In this document: one piece after another, positions 10,532 through 20,294 of the stretch | Layout of the letters: each line of letters opens with the position of its first letter | Numbering within the stretch: the first letter of the stretch is position 1 | Origin: Candidatus Iainarchaeum sp. | Lineage (GTDB): Archaea; B1Sed10-29; WALL01 | Assembly (NCBI GenBank): GCA_023129115.1 | Contig: JAGMCR010000015.1 | Coordinates: forward strand, 1-64,000 | Reading direction: 5' to 3' | DNA: 64,000 nucleotides | Notes under the pieces: generated by a model | What the model saw: only the letters and a program-made list of their open reading frames with translations | The model's database searches: none | Told to the model about the DNA's origin: nothing | Position numbers and translations under genes: made by a program

Positions 10532-11674
10532 GTGTATATAGACCCTTCCTTCCTGATTCAGCTTGGCGTGGTCCTGATTTCCGCCAAAGCCATGGGCGAG
10601 CTCTTCACGAAGTTCCGCCAGCCCTCGATGCTCGGCGAGATACTGGCCGGCGTAATCCTGGGCCCGTTCGCCCTCGGCTGGGTGGCTGCCACGCCCGGGC
10701 TCGAGACCCTTGCCGCGATTGGCATATTGTCTATGATTTTCCTGATTGGCCTAGAGTTCAACATCCGCTCCATCTTCAGGATGGGCGCCACCACGTTCCT
10801 CGTGGCCGCGGGCGGCATAACCCTGCCCATTGTAATGGCAGTCGTGCTCCTGCCGGGCGAGGGCGCGCTCTTCATTGGCGCGGCAATGGCCGCGACCTCA
10901 ATCGGCGTCGCGGCGCGCGTATTGGCTGACATGGGTCGCCTCAAGTCCGAGGAGGGCCGGCTGGTGACCACCGCCGCCGTGGTTGACGACATCGTGGGCG
11001 TGATTATCCTGGCGGTAATCACTGTCGCCACCACTGCGTGGGCAGTGGCCCAGATGGTCCTGCAGACCGTGGCCTTTTTGGCCCTCATTGTCTTCGCAGC
11101 TATTTCTTTCTCGTATTTCTGGGGCTACAAGGCCCTCTCAATCAAGCGCAGCATCCACGAGTCCTCGCTCCTGCCCCTGTTCCTGGGGGGGTGTTTCCTC
11201 CTGGCGTGGCTTTCGACACAGATACAGCTCGCTGCCGTCGTGGGCGCCTTCACAGCTGGCGTGTTTTTCTCTGAAATCCACGACAAGAAGCACGTTATGC
11301 AGGAGCTGAAGCCTTTTTACGAGGTATTTGTGCCCATTTTCTTCTTCTATATCGGCATGCACGTCAACCTCGGCGCGGCCCTGGGCGCCGGGCTGGCCGT
11401 TGTGTCCCTGTTGGCAATCGCTTTCCTCGGAAAGCTCGTGGGCAGCGGCCTGCCGGCGCTTTTGTCGCTCCCGCCGCGCAAGTCCCTCGTGGTCGGCCTC
11501 GCCATGGTTCCCCGGATGGAGCTCGCGCTCGCCATTGTTTCTGCGGGCCTGCTGGTGGGCAAGGTCGACGCCGCCCTGTATTCCTCGTTCGTGATTGTCG
11601 TGCTCGTGACGCTTGCGGCGTCGCCGTGGCTAATCGAGAAAGCGTATTCTTTCGAGATAAAGAAGCACCTTTAG
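10532..11674 (+). CDS. Cation:proton antiporter, CPA2/NapA-Kef family
   Basis: About 12 hydrophobic segments; GEILAGVILGP, ATSIG, AAVVDD, MVPRME motifs. Start codon uncertain. Confidence 0.9.
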   Translation: MYIDPSFLIQLGVVLISAKAMGELFTKFRQPSMLGEILAGVILGPFALGWVAATPGLETLAAIGILSMIFLIGLEFNIRSIFRMGATTFLVAAGGITLPIVMAVVLLPGEGALFIGAAMAATSIGVAARVLADMGRLKSEEGRLVTTAAVVDDIVGVIILAVITVATTAWAVAQMVLQTVAFLALIVFAAISFSYFWGYKALSIKRSIHESSLLPLFLGGCFLLAWLSTQIQLAAVVGAFTAGVFFSEIHDKKHVMQELKPFYEVFVPIFFFYIGMHVNLGAALGAGLAVVSLLAIAFLGKLVGSGLPALLSLPPRKSLVVGLAMVPRMELALAIVSAGLLVGKVDAALYSSFVIVVLVTLAASPWLIEKAYSFEIKKHL

Positions 11675-12210
11675 CCGTCCCACTTTTTCCTTAGCTCTGG
11701 CATTTCCTTGTAGAGCCACTGCGCCCACTCGAGGAACGCCTCGGCCTCTGCCTTTATGTAGTCTTCAATCCGCCAGTGCTCTTTTTCCTTGTACCAAAAG
11801 GGAATGCCTTTGCCGCTGAACGGCTTCTTCGTTATTTTATCTAATCCCGACCCGAGGAACTCGCCCTTGTTCATCAACACCCCGATTGTCTGCAGGTCAA
11901 TGAACGGCTTGTCGAGTATGTCGACGCGCGGCAGCCCGTACGCCGCGAGCCTCTCGCGCAAAAAGTTGTGCTCGAACACTAGGTTGTACCCCATGGGCAC
12001 GAACGCGAATGGGTACGGGTCCGTGATTCTTGTCGAGCCGAGAAAGTCCTGGAGCATGTCGCGCTCGCTGGACTCCCACTCCTTGTGGATCACGAGGTCG
12101 CCAATCGGCTTGGCTGTGTTACGGTCGACTTCCTGGTACTGGACAGTGATTATCTTGTCCTGCTCGGGCTTGACGCCGGTGGTCTCGATGTCGAAGTAGT
12201 AAGTGGGCAT
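11671..12210 (-). CDS. RNase H-like (DEDD/YprB-type) 3'-5' exonuclease domain protein
   Basis: YFDIETTG (ExoI), GYNLVFE, FIDL, IEDY; start moved to ATG 12210. Confidence 0.75.
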   Translation of the reverse strand: MPTYYFDIETTGVKPEQDKIITVQYQEVDRNTAKPIGDLVIHKEWESSERDMLQDFLGSTRITDPYPFAFVPMGYNLVFEHNFLRERLAAYGLPRVDILDKPFIDLQTIGVLMNKGEFLGSGLDKITKKPFSGKGIPFWYKEKEHWRIEDYIKAEAEAFLEWAQWLYKEMPELRKKWDG

Positions 12211-12264
12211 TGCTAGCCTTATGGCGGGGAATTGATTTAAAGGTTGGGGGGCATAACTATACCC

Positions 12265-13029
12265 ATGCCAAAAGGATTGGAGAGGGCCAAGACGTTCGTC
12301 CGCAGCAAGTTTTTCCGGCCGAAGAAGGAAAAGAAGCCGGAGAAGCCTCTTGAGGAGCGGAAGAAGAGCATAACAGGCCATCACGAAAAGATACTCGATG
12401 GCATGAAGGCAATCGCTAAAAAGGCCGGGGTGGGTCCAGCCGCCCGGGAAAAGGTGTGGGGGGAAAAGTGGGCGGAGCTAATCGAGAAAAAAGGGGAGTA
12501 TACCCCGGGCCTTACGACTGAAGAGTCCATGAAGGAAATAAATGCAAAAGTAGCTGAGGACTCTAAGGAGGTCGAGCGCACCGTAAGGGCAGCGGAGGCC
12601 GAGATGAACGCGGAAATCCAGAAAGTCTCCAAGGTAATCCTAACTTCTGCGCCGGAGTACTTCAAGGAGTCTGGCGCCTACCTCCAGCAGGTAATGGCGG
12701 AGGTGAAGGCCGGCGGCGACAGGGGGGAGTACGAGGCGGCGGTCAAGCACCTGATGAAGATTAACACTGAGCTGCTGTTGCAGATGGGTGATACCAGCGC
12801 GTCCATGTGGGGCTACAGGAAAAAGATCAGCTCTGAAGGCACGGAATTTGTCAAGCGCAACATGGACAAGATGGAGGACCAACTCCGGGAACAGGACGCG
12901 GCCCTTAAAAGCGCACTCGAGCAAAAGCCAAACGTCTTCACGCGATTCAAGAAGGCCGCCGCGGCAAAGAACCCGTTCAGGGCGATGGTGAAGAAGCCAA
13001 CGCCCAAAGGAAAGCCCACAAAGGCGTAA
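12265..13029 (+). CDS. Hypothetical helical protein with basic termini
   Basis: Long ORF; TTTAAA box about 25 nt upstream of ATG 12265. Confidence 0.75.
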   Translation: MPKGLERAKTFVRSKFFRPKKEKKPEKPLEERKKSITGHHEKILDGMKAIAKKAGVGPAAREKVWGEKWAELIEKKGEYTPGLTTEESMKEINAKVAEDSKEVERTVRAAEAEMNAEIQKVSKVILTSAPEYFKESGAYLQQVMAEVKAGGDRGEYEAAVKHLMKINTELLLQMGDTSASMWGYRKKISSEGTEFVKRNMDKMEDQLREQDAALKSALEQKPNVFTRFKKAAAAKNPFRAMVKKPTPKGKPTKA

Positions 13030-13063
13030 CACTCTTTTATATTGCGGCTGCGTAAACTAATTG

Positions 13064-13747
13064 ATGAAGAAGATTTTTGCGAGAACACTCATGCGTGGCG
13101 GCAGGAAAAAGGGCAAGAGCAAGAAAGAGGCCCAGCCCACCAAAGCCAAGCCGGAAAAGAAAGAGTCGGCCCACGTGGACACTATACTCGGCCGGGGCAC
13201 GGCGGTGCAGGCGCGGCTTGCGCCGGCAAAGGCGCCCAAAGAAAACATTTTTCGGGACAAGAACCTGTCTGCCTTCGGGGACTTGAAGAGCGCGGCCAAG
13301 CACGTGGAGGGGATGAAAAAAACCATTAACGCGGGCCACAGCTATTTGAAGGAATACACCGGCCTTGTCCGGGAGCACAAGAAGAACTTCACCGAGGCCG
13401 ACGTCAAGAGAGTGGTCGAGAAGAACGTCGCAATCAAGCAGAGCATGGAAGAGGCCCATAACGAAGTGGACAAGTCTTTGGGCGAGCTGGACCTGTTTTT
13501 CAAGGAGAGGAAGGGGCTCATGCTCAAGGCGGACGAATTGAACATGACGCCGGAACAGCGAGAAATACTAGGTGGCGAAATCAGGCAATTGGACTCCCTG
13601 GTGTCGAAGATGGAGCGCGTCAAGGCCAATTCCCTGAACACCGCCAACTTGTTCGAGAGGCAGCACGAAGGCCTCGCGGTGCCAGAGAGATACATGGAAG
13701 CACTCTACAAACAGTTCCCCAAAATGAAAGAAGCAGAAGCGGCTTGA
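13064..13747 (+). CDS. Hypothetical coiled-coil protein with basic N-terminus
   Basis: ORF with TTTTATA box about 25 nt upstream. Confidence 0.75.
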   Translation: MKKIFARTLMRGGRKKGKSKKEAQPTKAKPEKKESAHVDTILGRGTAVQARLAPAKAPKENIFRDKNLSAFGDLKSAAKHVEGMKKTINAGHSYLKEYTGLVREHKKNFTEADVKRVVEKNVAIKQSMEEAHNEVDKSLGELDLFFKERKGLMLKADELNMTPEQREILGGEIRQLDSLVSKMERVKANSLNTANLFERQHEGLAVPERYMEALYKQFPKMKEAEAA

Positions 13748-13760
13748 TTGGTGATGCCTA

Positions 13761-13916
13761 TTGATTAAAGAGCCGAGAAAACAAAGGGAAAAGCAACTGG
13801 GAGACAAAGTGCACGACATGCTTAGGAAAGAAAAGCCCCCCGAGGAAACCCCCCCGCAGCAGAGATTTATCCTACACGAAGTAATCCTCCGGTGGCTCCG
13901 CAAGAAAAAAGACTAG
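13761..13916 (+). CDS. Small hypothetical protein (51 aa)
   Basis: TTG start preceded by GGTGA; fills the gap after 13747. Confidence 0.4.
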   Translation: MIKEPRKQREKQLGDKVHDMLRKEKPPEETPPQQRFILHEVILRWLRKKKD

Positions 13917-13924
13917 TTTTTCCA

Positions 13925-14038
13925 CAGCTGAAACCCAGCTGGCACGTTAGGCTTGGGAGCCTAACGGCTCCCAGAGACAATTTACTGAGGGGGGTGCGGC
14001 TTCCCAGGGTAGCCAGGGGGGAGCTGCGCTCCCCCCTA
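13925..14038. repeat. Hairpin cluster including one copy of the CAGCTGAAAC(C/T)CAGCTGGCACGTT module
   Basis: Inverted repeats CAGCTG-AAACC-CAGCTG, TGGGAGCC-TAAC-GGCTCCCA and AGGGGGGAGC-TGC-GCTCCCCCCT; the first module recurs at 28917, 33429 and 44270. Confidence 0.7.
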
Positions 14039-14049
14039 AGGACGCTGAT

Positions 14050-14319
14050 GGGCAGGGAGACATAGTCTGCCTTCTGTTTCACAGGGAAGCTAGGTTCCCA
14101 AGTGGCATTCGACTTAGCGGGGCAATCCCCTTGCACGCCTTTGGACCGTGGGCCGTTTCATCCGCTGCATTCTCCACTCATGCATAGCAATCATCGCTTA
14201 ACGGTGAACCGCGGTATCGTTTCTGCTCCCGCGGGAAGCCTCTCGACTTCGTGTTTGTCTGAACGGCGTGGGCAGAACTTCCTCAGCACATAAGTGCCGC
14301 AGCCACTCGCTCCCTACCC
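14050..14319 (-). ncRNA. rnpB: RNase P RNA, archaeal, type-M-like
   Basis: Minus strand has P1 GGGUAGGGAG/CUCCCUGCCC, CR-I GAGGAAGUUCUGCCC, GCAGAAAC, GAUGAAAC, GUGCAAG, GCUAAGUCGAAUGCCAC and CR-V ACAGAAGGCAGACUA. Confidence 0.93.
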
Positions 14320-14423
14320 GACGACGCAAGCGCCGCCGCCTCCAGTTACGGAAGCACAAAAATTACATTTATTGCACTTTATAAAGGTAACCCTTAAAAG
14401 CACTCACCGAGAATCATTCCCCG

Positions 14424-14963
14424 ATGAAGGCCACACTCAAGCTCGCGCGGTTCTGGTTCACCTCGCTCTGGGAGCCAAAGAAGCTATTGAAGGAGCTCAA
14501 GCGCCCGAGCTACGCCATCACTCTCCTGAACGTGCTCGTGCCCTCCATTGCCGCGTCCTTGTTCGCCATATTCGTGCTCGCTGGCGGGCTCCACAGGGTC
14601 GACACGTGGGCGTACGGCAAGACCATCCTCTTCTCCACAGTGAAGTACTTCGCGCTCGCCGTAATCTACGGCCTCGGCGTGGCCTCCGGCCGCAAGGCCT
14701 CGCTGCGGCGCATGGCCTGCCTCGTCTCGTTCCCAATCACGGGCTACCTCTTGCTCGTGGACGCCGCGCTTATCATGGGCAACCCAATCGCCGGCGTCCC
14801 CATCTCAATCGTGCTCAAGACCCTGCTCGTGCTCTTCGCCCTGGCGGCCGCGGGCATCGCGCACGCCGAAGCAAAGATGGAGTGGTGGAAGGCAGGGGCA
14901 TGGCTCGCGGCCGTGCTCGCCATCGTCGACTTCATTTCGCCTTTCCTCAGCGCGATGCTCTAG
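14424..14963 (+). CDS. Hypothetical membrane protein (Yip1-like topology)
   Basis: About 5 hydrophobic segments. Confidence 0.75.
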   Translation: MKATLKLARFWFTSLWEPKKLLKELKRPSYAITLLNVLVPSIAASLFAIFVLAGGLHRVDTWAYGKTILFSTVKYFALAVIYGLGVASGRKASLRRMACLVSFPITGYLLLVDAALIMGNPIAGVPISIVLKTLLVLFALAAAGIAHAEAKMEWWKAGAWLAAVLAIVDFISPFLSAML

Positions 14964-15556
14964 CGCTTGGAGTAAAGCCCAATGTAAAAAGTCCCCTCGG
15001 AGTGCAGCTCTTCTACTTCTTGGGGTAGGGGCACGGGCTCAAACTGGTTTTCTCTCGCGATTTTGTCGTAATGCTTCCTGTTGTTCTCGACGCCCACGCC
15101 GAATGGCTCTGCCGCCAGCGCGAAAAACTTGCCGGGCTTCAGGTGCTTTGCCGCCGCGCTGAACACGTCTTCCTCGTCGAACGGGTAGCTGCACACCACG
15201 AGATCCGCGTCGTCCGTCGCCTCCGCATGGAAGTCGCCGCGGTACTCTACGGGCAGGCCCTTCCTGATGTTCTTTTTCAGGAGTTTCGTATACCCTGGGT
15301 TGTGCTCGTACATGACGTACTTGCCTCGGGCAAACACTTTGGACACTGCCTTGTGCACGCCTGCGTCGCCGGCTGGCCCCAGCTCGTGCACGGTTGGCTT
15401 CTTGAGCTTTAGGCCCCCAGCCAGCTTGCCGAACACCGCGGCCAAGAACTTTCGCCGCGCTTTTCCCGCCTTCTCAAGGTCGCCTCGGGTGTTTGACTTG
15501 CCCGGCCACCACCTGGTCAGCGAATGCCACTCCTCTTTCATCTCGTGCAAGCCCAT
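14960..15556 (-). CDS. Putative class I SAM-dependent methyltransferase-like protein
   Basis: VHELGPAG (motif I-like), YRGDF, DLVVCSYPF, HLKPGKFF; start moved to ATG 15556. Confidence 0.6.
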   Translation of the reverse strand: MGLHEMKEEWHSLTRWWPGKSNTRGDLEKAGKARRKFLAAVFGKLAGGLKLKKPTVHELGPAGDAGVHKAVSKVFARGKYVMYEHNPGYTKLLKKNIRKGLPVEYRGDFHAEATDDADLVVCSYPFDEEDVFSAAAKHLKPGKFFALAAEPFGVGVENNRKHYDKIARENQFEPVPLPQEVEELHSEGTFYIGLYSKR

Positions 15557-15610
15557 GCTATTGATAAGAAAAAAGTAAGTTAATAAACCCCCACTGGCTA
15601 TCTCTTTTTC

Positions 15611-16912
15611 GTGGTTAGGAAGTCCGTCAAGAAAAGCGTCGGCAGTTACGTTAAGCGCAGCGTGCGCAAGGTCGGCGAAGAACGGGAAGAAAAAAAGGAC
15701 TTGCTGGAGAGCATTCCCGTCGACAAAATCAAGAATGAGTGGGAGAGGCAGAAGCGCGAGCGCGCGGCGGCAGCAAAGAAGCAGCGCGAGGCCAGGGCCG
15801 CCGCGGCAAGGAAAATGAAGAGGCGCAGGGAAGAGGCGGCGAAGAAGGCCCGGGCAATGGCGGCCAAGATAAAGAAGCCGAAGCCCCTCGTCGAGCTGCC
15901 CAAGCTGCCCTGGGTGGCGATTGCCCGCGTGGTTATCGGGCTGTTCGTGGTTGCCATAGTGGCCTCCATGATTGTGAGCCTCGTCTTCGCGGTACATCTT
16001 TGCGAAGACGGCACGCCCTACGGCCAGTGCTCGGACACACACCCCTACGTCTGCACGGACGGGAGGCTGGTCCTCGCGGTGTCCAAGTGCGGCTGCGGCG
16101 AAGGCGAGAGGGAGTACAAGGGCAGCTGCATTCTGTCAGTGCAGTGCTTCGACGGCACGCTCGAGCCAGAGTGCTCGCTGACCAAGCCGCTGCAGTGCGT
16201 CGGCGGCGAGCTCGTGGAGAACGCGGGCATGTGCGGATGCCCCAGCGATTACGAGGTCGTGGGAGACTTCTGCGAAAAAATCGAGAAGTGCGTCGACGGC
16301 ACGAGGGAGGGCTTCTGCTCCAAGACGAAGCCATACCTTTGCTCCGGCGGAGAGCTTTCTCCGAAGGCAAGCGTGTGCGGCTGCCCCCTGGGCGAGATTG
16401 GGTACGGGGACCTGTGCGTGCCCCAGAGCGAGGCCTCGGTGCGCGAGGCGTTCGACCACATCAACTCCCTCCGCGCGGAGTACGGGCGGAATGAAATTTT
16501 GTGGGACAGCCGCGCGAGCGACCTCGCACTCGACCGCTCGCGGGACATGTTCGTCCGCGGCTACACAGACCACGTCACTCCGGAGGGCGAGTGCGCCAAG
16601 ACCATGAAATCCGACTACGGGCTCTCGAGCAAAGAGATAGTCGCGGAGAACATCCTGCGCATCTGGTACGCGAGCGGCCTGCCCGCGCCGACGCTGGACC
16701 CCATGTTTGCTGTGGACGAGTGGATGACGAGCCGCGCGCACCGCTACAACCTCCTGTACGAGTTCCACGAGCGCGGCGGCCTTGGGTGCTACAAAAACTA
16801 CTGCGTATTCCTGGGGGTGCACACGAAGAAGGGCGGGTTCGGGGACGGCCCGTGCTCGGCGTGGAACGAGACCTATTGGGAGACTGCCCCGCCGCTCCCG
16901 GGCGAGGCCTAG
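15611..16912 (+). CDS. Membrane-anchored CAP/SCP-domain protein with three Cys-rich repeats
   Basis: TM segment; 3x C.DGT....CS...P..C..G.L....CGC; CAP motifs INSLRAEYG, AENI, WMTSRAHRYNLL. Confidence 0.85.
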   Translation: MVRKSVKKSVGSYVKRSVRKVGEEREEKKDLLESIPVDKIKNEWERQKRERAAAAKKQREARAAAARKMKRRREEAAKKARAMAAKIKKPKPLVELPKLPWVAIARVVIGLFVVAIVASMIVSLVFAVHLCEDGTPYGQCSDTHPYVCTDGRLVLAVSKCGCGEGEREYKGSCILSVQCFDGTLEPECSLTKPLQCVGGELVENAGMCGCPSDYEVVGDFCEKIEKCVDGTREGFCSKTKPYLCSGGELSPKASVCGCPLGEIGYGDLCVPQSEASVREAFDHINSLRAEYGRNEILWDSRASDLALDRSRDMFVRGYTDHVTPEGECAKTMKSDYGLSSKEIVAENILRIWYASGLPAPTLDPMFAVDEWMTSRAHRYNLLYEFHERGGLGCYKNYCVFLGVHTKKGGFGDGPCSAWNETYWETAPPLPGEA

Positions 16913-17229
16913 AGCGCGGTGCCAATCATCAGGTATATCAGTACCGCGAACACAGAGGCCGCCAGGATTATTCCCGTGACCATGAGGAGGAACATTGTGA
17001 TTATGGCGTACCCCGAGATGTCCCAGATTGCCGTTTCGACTCCTTCCTTGACAGCGTCGCGCCAGAGCTCTTCCTTGAGCGACTCGCCGCGGATTACTTT
17101 TCTGACTATGTCGGAGACCTCGTGTGCGCTCACGGGGTTCGGGTTTTCCTCACGTATTACCCGGCGGACTGTCTGTGCGACGTCCTGGGAGGTGAGAGGG
17201 CCGGAGTTTTTCTTTTTGGGAACAGGCAT
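16909..17229 (-). CDS. Small hypothetical membrane protein
   Basis: Hydrophobic C-terminus; internal repeat DVAQTVRRVIRE/EVSDIVRKVIRG. Confidence 0.65.
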   Translation of the reverse strand: MPVPKKKNSGPLTSQDVAQTVRRVIREENPNPVSAHEVSDIVRKVIRGESLKEELWRDAVKEGVETAIWDISGYAIITMFLLMVTGIILAASVFAVLIYLMIGTAL

Positions 17230-17320
17230 TTTGAATCACCGCAGCCAATTACTTCGAGGAACTAAAAAAACTTTTCGGACGCAAGCCATTAAATAGTGCA
17301 AATGGATTAACCAATCCGGA

Positions 17321-17626
17321 GTGTTTTGGTTGGAAGAGGTCAAGAAAGAGAAGACCCGAAGGTCTCCGTTCGTGAATCCCACGGAGTACAAGCCCGTGGA
17401 CGAAAAGGAAAGGGAGATTAAGCAGATAGCGGACAAGTTGAGATTGGACGATGCGACGAAAGCAGTTTCCGACAAGGATTTCCATGAGGCGCTTGAGCTG
17501 GTGCAGAAAAATCAGCCCATTAGAGAAGTAACCGAGAAATTGCACAACATTACGGACGGGGCGCTGCTGCTCCAGGTCTACAAGGACCTGAAAAAGATTG
17601 CAGGCCTCCGGAAACCAGAAGAGTAA
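17321..17626 (+). CDS. Hypothetical protein
   Basis: ORF with core-like codon usage. Confidence 0.6.
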   Translation: MFWLEEVKKEKTRRSPFVNPTEYKPVDEKEREIKQIADKLRLDDATKAVSDKDFHEALELVQKNQPIREVTEKLHNITDGALLLQVYKDLKKIAGLRKPEE

Positions 17627-17666
17627 AACCAGAAGAGTAAAACCAGAAGAGTAAAACCAGAAGAGT
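17612..17666 (+). repeat. Tandem repeat AAAACCAGAAGAGT x4 (14 bp)
   Basis: Directly visible; runs from the stop of 17321-17626 to just before the next start. Confidence 0.95.
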
Positions 17667-17673
17667 GATTGTT

Positions 17674-19788
17674 ATGTCAAGGAAGAAAAACGTGATAGAC
17701 CAGGTTGCGGGCTTAGGGCTTTTGCTCGTCGCGGTCGTGATAATGGTGTCGGCCGTCGTGATGATTGACATGCCCGACGTGACAGTGATTTCGGCAGGGA
17801 TTCTCGCGCCGCCAGTGGTCCTGCCGACGGGCGAATACACTGCGGCCGCCTTTAACCCACTGGAGGAATTGGCCGCCCGGAGCTTCGCGAGCGACGAAGA
17901 GTTCGCCGCGTTCGCGAGGGACTACGAGGACGCCTACTACGGCTACCGCGGCTTTGAAATGACTGACGCAGTAATCGGCGCGCCCATGCCCGGGATGGCA
18001 ATGGCAGAAGGCGGGGCCGGGGAAAAGCAGGCAATCGACTTCTCCGAGACAAATGTCCAGGTCGCGGGCATCGACGAGGGCGACCTAATCAAGACGGACG
18101 GCGACTACATCTACACAGTCTCCGGCGACACTGTATATATAATCAAGGCCTATCCCGGCGAGGACGCGGAAATCGTTTCCAAGATTGAGTACGACTACGA
18201 GCCGTCCGAGCTATTCATCCACGGCGACAGGCTCGCCGTGTTCGGCAACTACTACGGCGACGTCGCGGGAATCGACTTCGTGCCCCAGAACGGCATGTCA
18301 TTCTTCGACGTCTATGACGTGAGCGACCGCTCGAGCCCCAAGCCAGTGAAGGAATACCTCTTCGAGGGGCGTTTCTTCCGCGCGCGGATGTACGGCGACT
18401 ACGCCTACTTCGTGGCCACGAACGGGTTCGACTACCGCCCGATTTATCCCACGCCGCTCATCATCGAGGACGGAGAAGTGCGGGCCATGCCCGCCCCGGA
18501 CATCCATTACTTCCCAATCCCGTACCACTACCCCGACTTGCTCACGGTGCACGCCATCGACCTGGCCAACCTGGGCGAGGAGAGCTCGAAGGCCATTGCG
18601 GTCGAGGGCGGCCAGAGCCTCTACATGTCGGCCGAGAACATGTACATTACATATACCGAATATGTAAACGAGTACGACCTCCGGAACGACATCACGAAGT
18701 CGCTCCTCGAGGACGAGCTGACGCGGACGGACCGGGGGCTCATCGAGCTGATTGTGGGCTTGCCCGCAGAAATCCTGACGCACCACGAGAAGGAAGCCAA
18801 AATCCTGGGCATCTACACCAACCACTTGAACTACATGACGCAGAAGGAGCGGGACGAGCTCGAGGACGAGATTGAGGTGCAGCTCAAGAAAAAGCTCAAG
18901 GAATACGAGTACTTCGAGTTCACGGTAATCAGCCAGCTCGGCATCAAGGGCGGCGAGATAACCATCGGCAGCACGGGCAAGGTCCCGGGCCACGTCGTCA
19001 ACCAGTTCTCGATGGACGAGCACGGGGGAGTGTTCCGCATCGCGACCACGGTGAGCCCGCGCTGGTCGTGGAGGTGGAAGGACCGCAGCGAGTCCGTGAA
19101 CAACGTCTTTGCGCTGGACTCTTCGCTCAAGGTAATCGGCGAGCTCGGCGAGGTCGCGGAGGGCGAGCAAATCTATTCGACCCGCTTCATGGGCGACAAA
19201 TTGTACATGGTGACATTCCGCCAGGTCGACCCGTTCTTTGTGATTGACTTGTCGGACCCCACGGACATAAAGTCGCTCGGCGAACTGAAGATTCCAGGCT
19301 TCTCGCGCTATTTGCACCCCTATGACGAGACAACCATTATCGGCATCGGGCAGGAGACCACCGAGACCGGGCGCGTCATGGGCCTCAAGGTCTCCTTGTT
19401 CGACGTGACTGACGTGTCGGACCCGCAAGAAGTAGCGAAGTTCGTGACCGAGGAGCGCTACGCCCAGTCCACCGCGCTGACCGAGCACCACGCGTTCCTG
19501 TTCTCGAAAGAAAAGGAGTTGATGGTGATTCCGGTGTACAGCGGGTGGGGCGCTGACGGGGACTATGACGGCGCGTTCGTGTTCCGCATCAGCAAGGACG
19601 CGATTGAGCTGCGTGGCCTCGTGGACCACTCGTCGGGCGGCCGGTACGGCCCGTCTGTGCAGCGAAGCCTCTACATCGAGGAATTATTGTACACGAAGTC
19701 GCCGAGCTTACTTCGCATCAACGAGATTGAGGACTTGTCGCCGGTGAAGGACATCAAGCTCGGGGCGACGGACTTCCCGGTGTTCTAG
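17674..19788 (+). CDS. Secreted beta-propeller domain protein (Beta_propel/PF09826-like)
   Basis: FSETNVQVAGIDEGDLIKTDG, NQFSMDE, FRIATT, YMVTFRQVDPFFVIDL, GELKIPGFSRYLHP. Confidence 0.9.
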   Translation: MSRKKNVIDQVAGLGLLLVAVVIMVSAVVMIDMPDVTVISAGILAPPVVLPTGEYTAAAFNPLEELAARSFASDEEFAAFARDYEDAYYGYRGFEMTDAVIGAPMPGMAMAEGGAGEKQAIDFSETNVQVAGIDEGDLIKTDGDYIYTVSGDTVYIIKAYPGEDAEIVSKIEYDYEPSELFIHGDRLAVFGNYYGDVAGIDFVPQNGMSFFDVYDVSDRSSPKPVKEYLFEGRFFRARMYGDYAYFVATNGFDYRPIYPTPLIIEDGEVRAMPAPDIHYFPIPYHYPDLLTVHAIDLANLGEESSKAIAVEGGQSLYMSAENMYITYTEYVNEYDLRNDITKSLLEDELTRTDRGLIELIVGLPAEILTHHEKEAKILGIYTNHLNYMTQKERDELEDEIEVQLKKKLKEYEYFEFTVISQLGIKGGEITIGSTGKVPGHVVNQFSMDEHGGVFRIATTVSPRWSWRWKDRSESVNNVFALDSSLKVIGELGEVAEGEQIYSTRFMGDKLYMVTFRQVDPFFVIDLSDPTDIKSLGELKIPGFSRYLHPYDETTIIGIGQETTETGRVMGLKVSLFDVTDVSDPQEVAKFVTEERYAQSTALTEHHAFLFSKEKELMVIPVYSGWGADGDYDGAFVFRISKDAIELRGLVDHSSGGRYGPSVQRSLYIEELLYTKSPSLLRINEIEDLSPVKDIKLGATDFPVF

Positions 19789-20294
19789 AGCAGCCGCTCA
19801 AGCACTTCGATGAGGCTGCCGCCGCCGTAGACGTGGGGGATTGCTTCTTCGAGAATCGGCTCTATGTCTTGCTTCTGGTCTTCCGGCAGGGTGTTCTCGA
19901 GGTACATCCTTAGGTAGTGCCTGCCGTCTGCCTTGTCCTGCCGGATGAGGCCTTCGGCCTCGGCGAGCATGCCTTTGCCAATCGCGTAGTTGTTGTAGTG
20001 CTTTTCGAAGGCCTTGTCGAACCCTTCTTTTCCTGCGTCGTCCAGGGTTCCTTCGATAATGAATTTTGAGAGCACGCCGGCGTATTCGGGCGTGGCAGAG
20101 CCACCGATTTTTTCGTCTACGTGCTTCTGGAGCGCGTTCCTGACCTTGGTTTTTGTCTGGAAGACGAGGTCGTCCAGTTTCTTGCGGCGGGCGGTGAAGG
20201 CGATTCCTTTTGGCATTTCGTCCCGGTTTTTCTCGTGGCTCACTAGCTCGCCGAAGTGCTTCTTGGCCTTTTGGTAGTGCTCTTCTGCCATCAT
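19785..20294 (-). CDS. Hypothetical protein, paralogue of 20291-20626
   Basis: Shares YxKAKxH, ALQKH and GFDxA..xHYNxY with its neighbour. Confidence 0.7.
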   Translation of the reverse strand: MMAEEHYQKAKKHFGELVSHEKNRDEMPKGIAFTARRKKLDDLVFQTKTKVRNALQKHVDEKIGGSATPEYAGVLSKFIIEGTLDDAGKEGFDKAFEKHYNNYAIGKGMLAEAEGLIRQDKADGRHYLRMYLENTLPEDQKQDIEPILEEAIPHVYGGGSLIEVLERLL

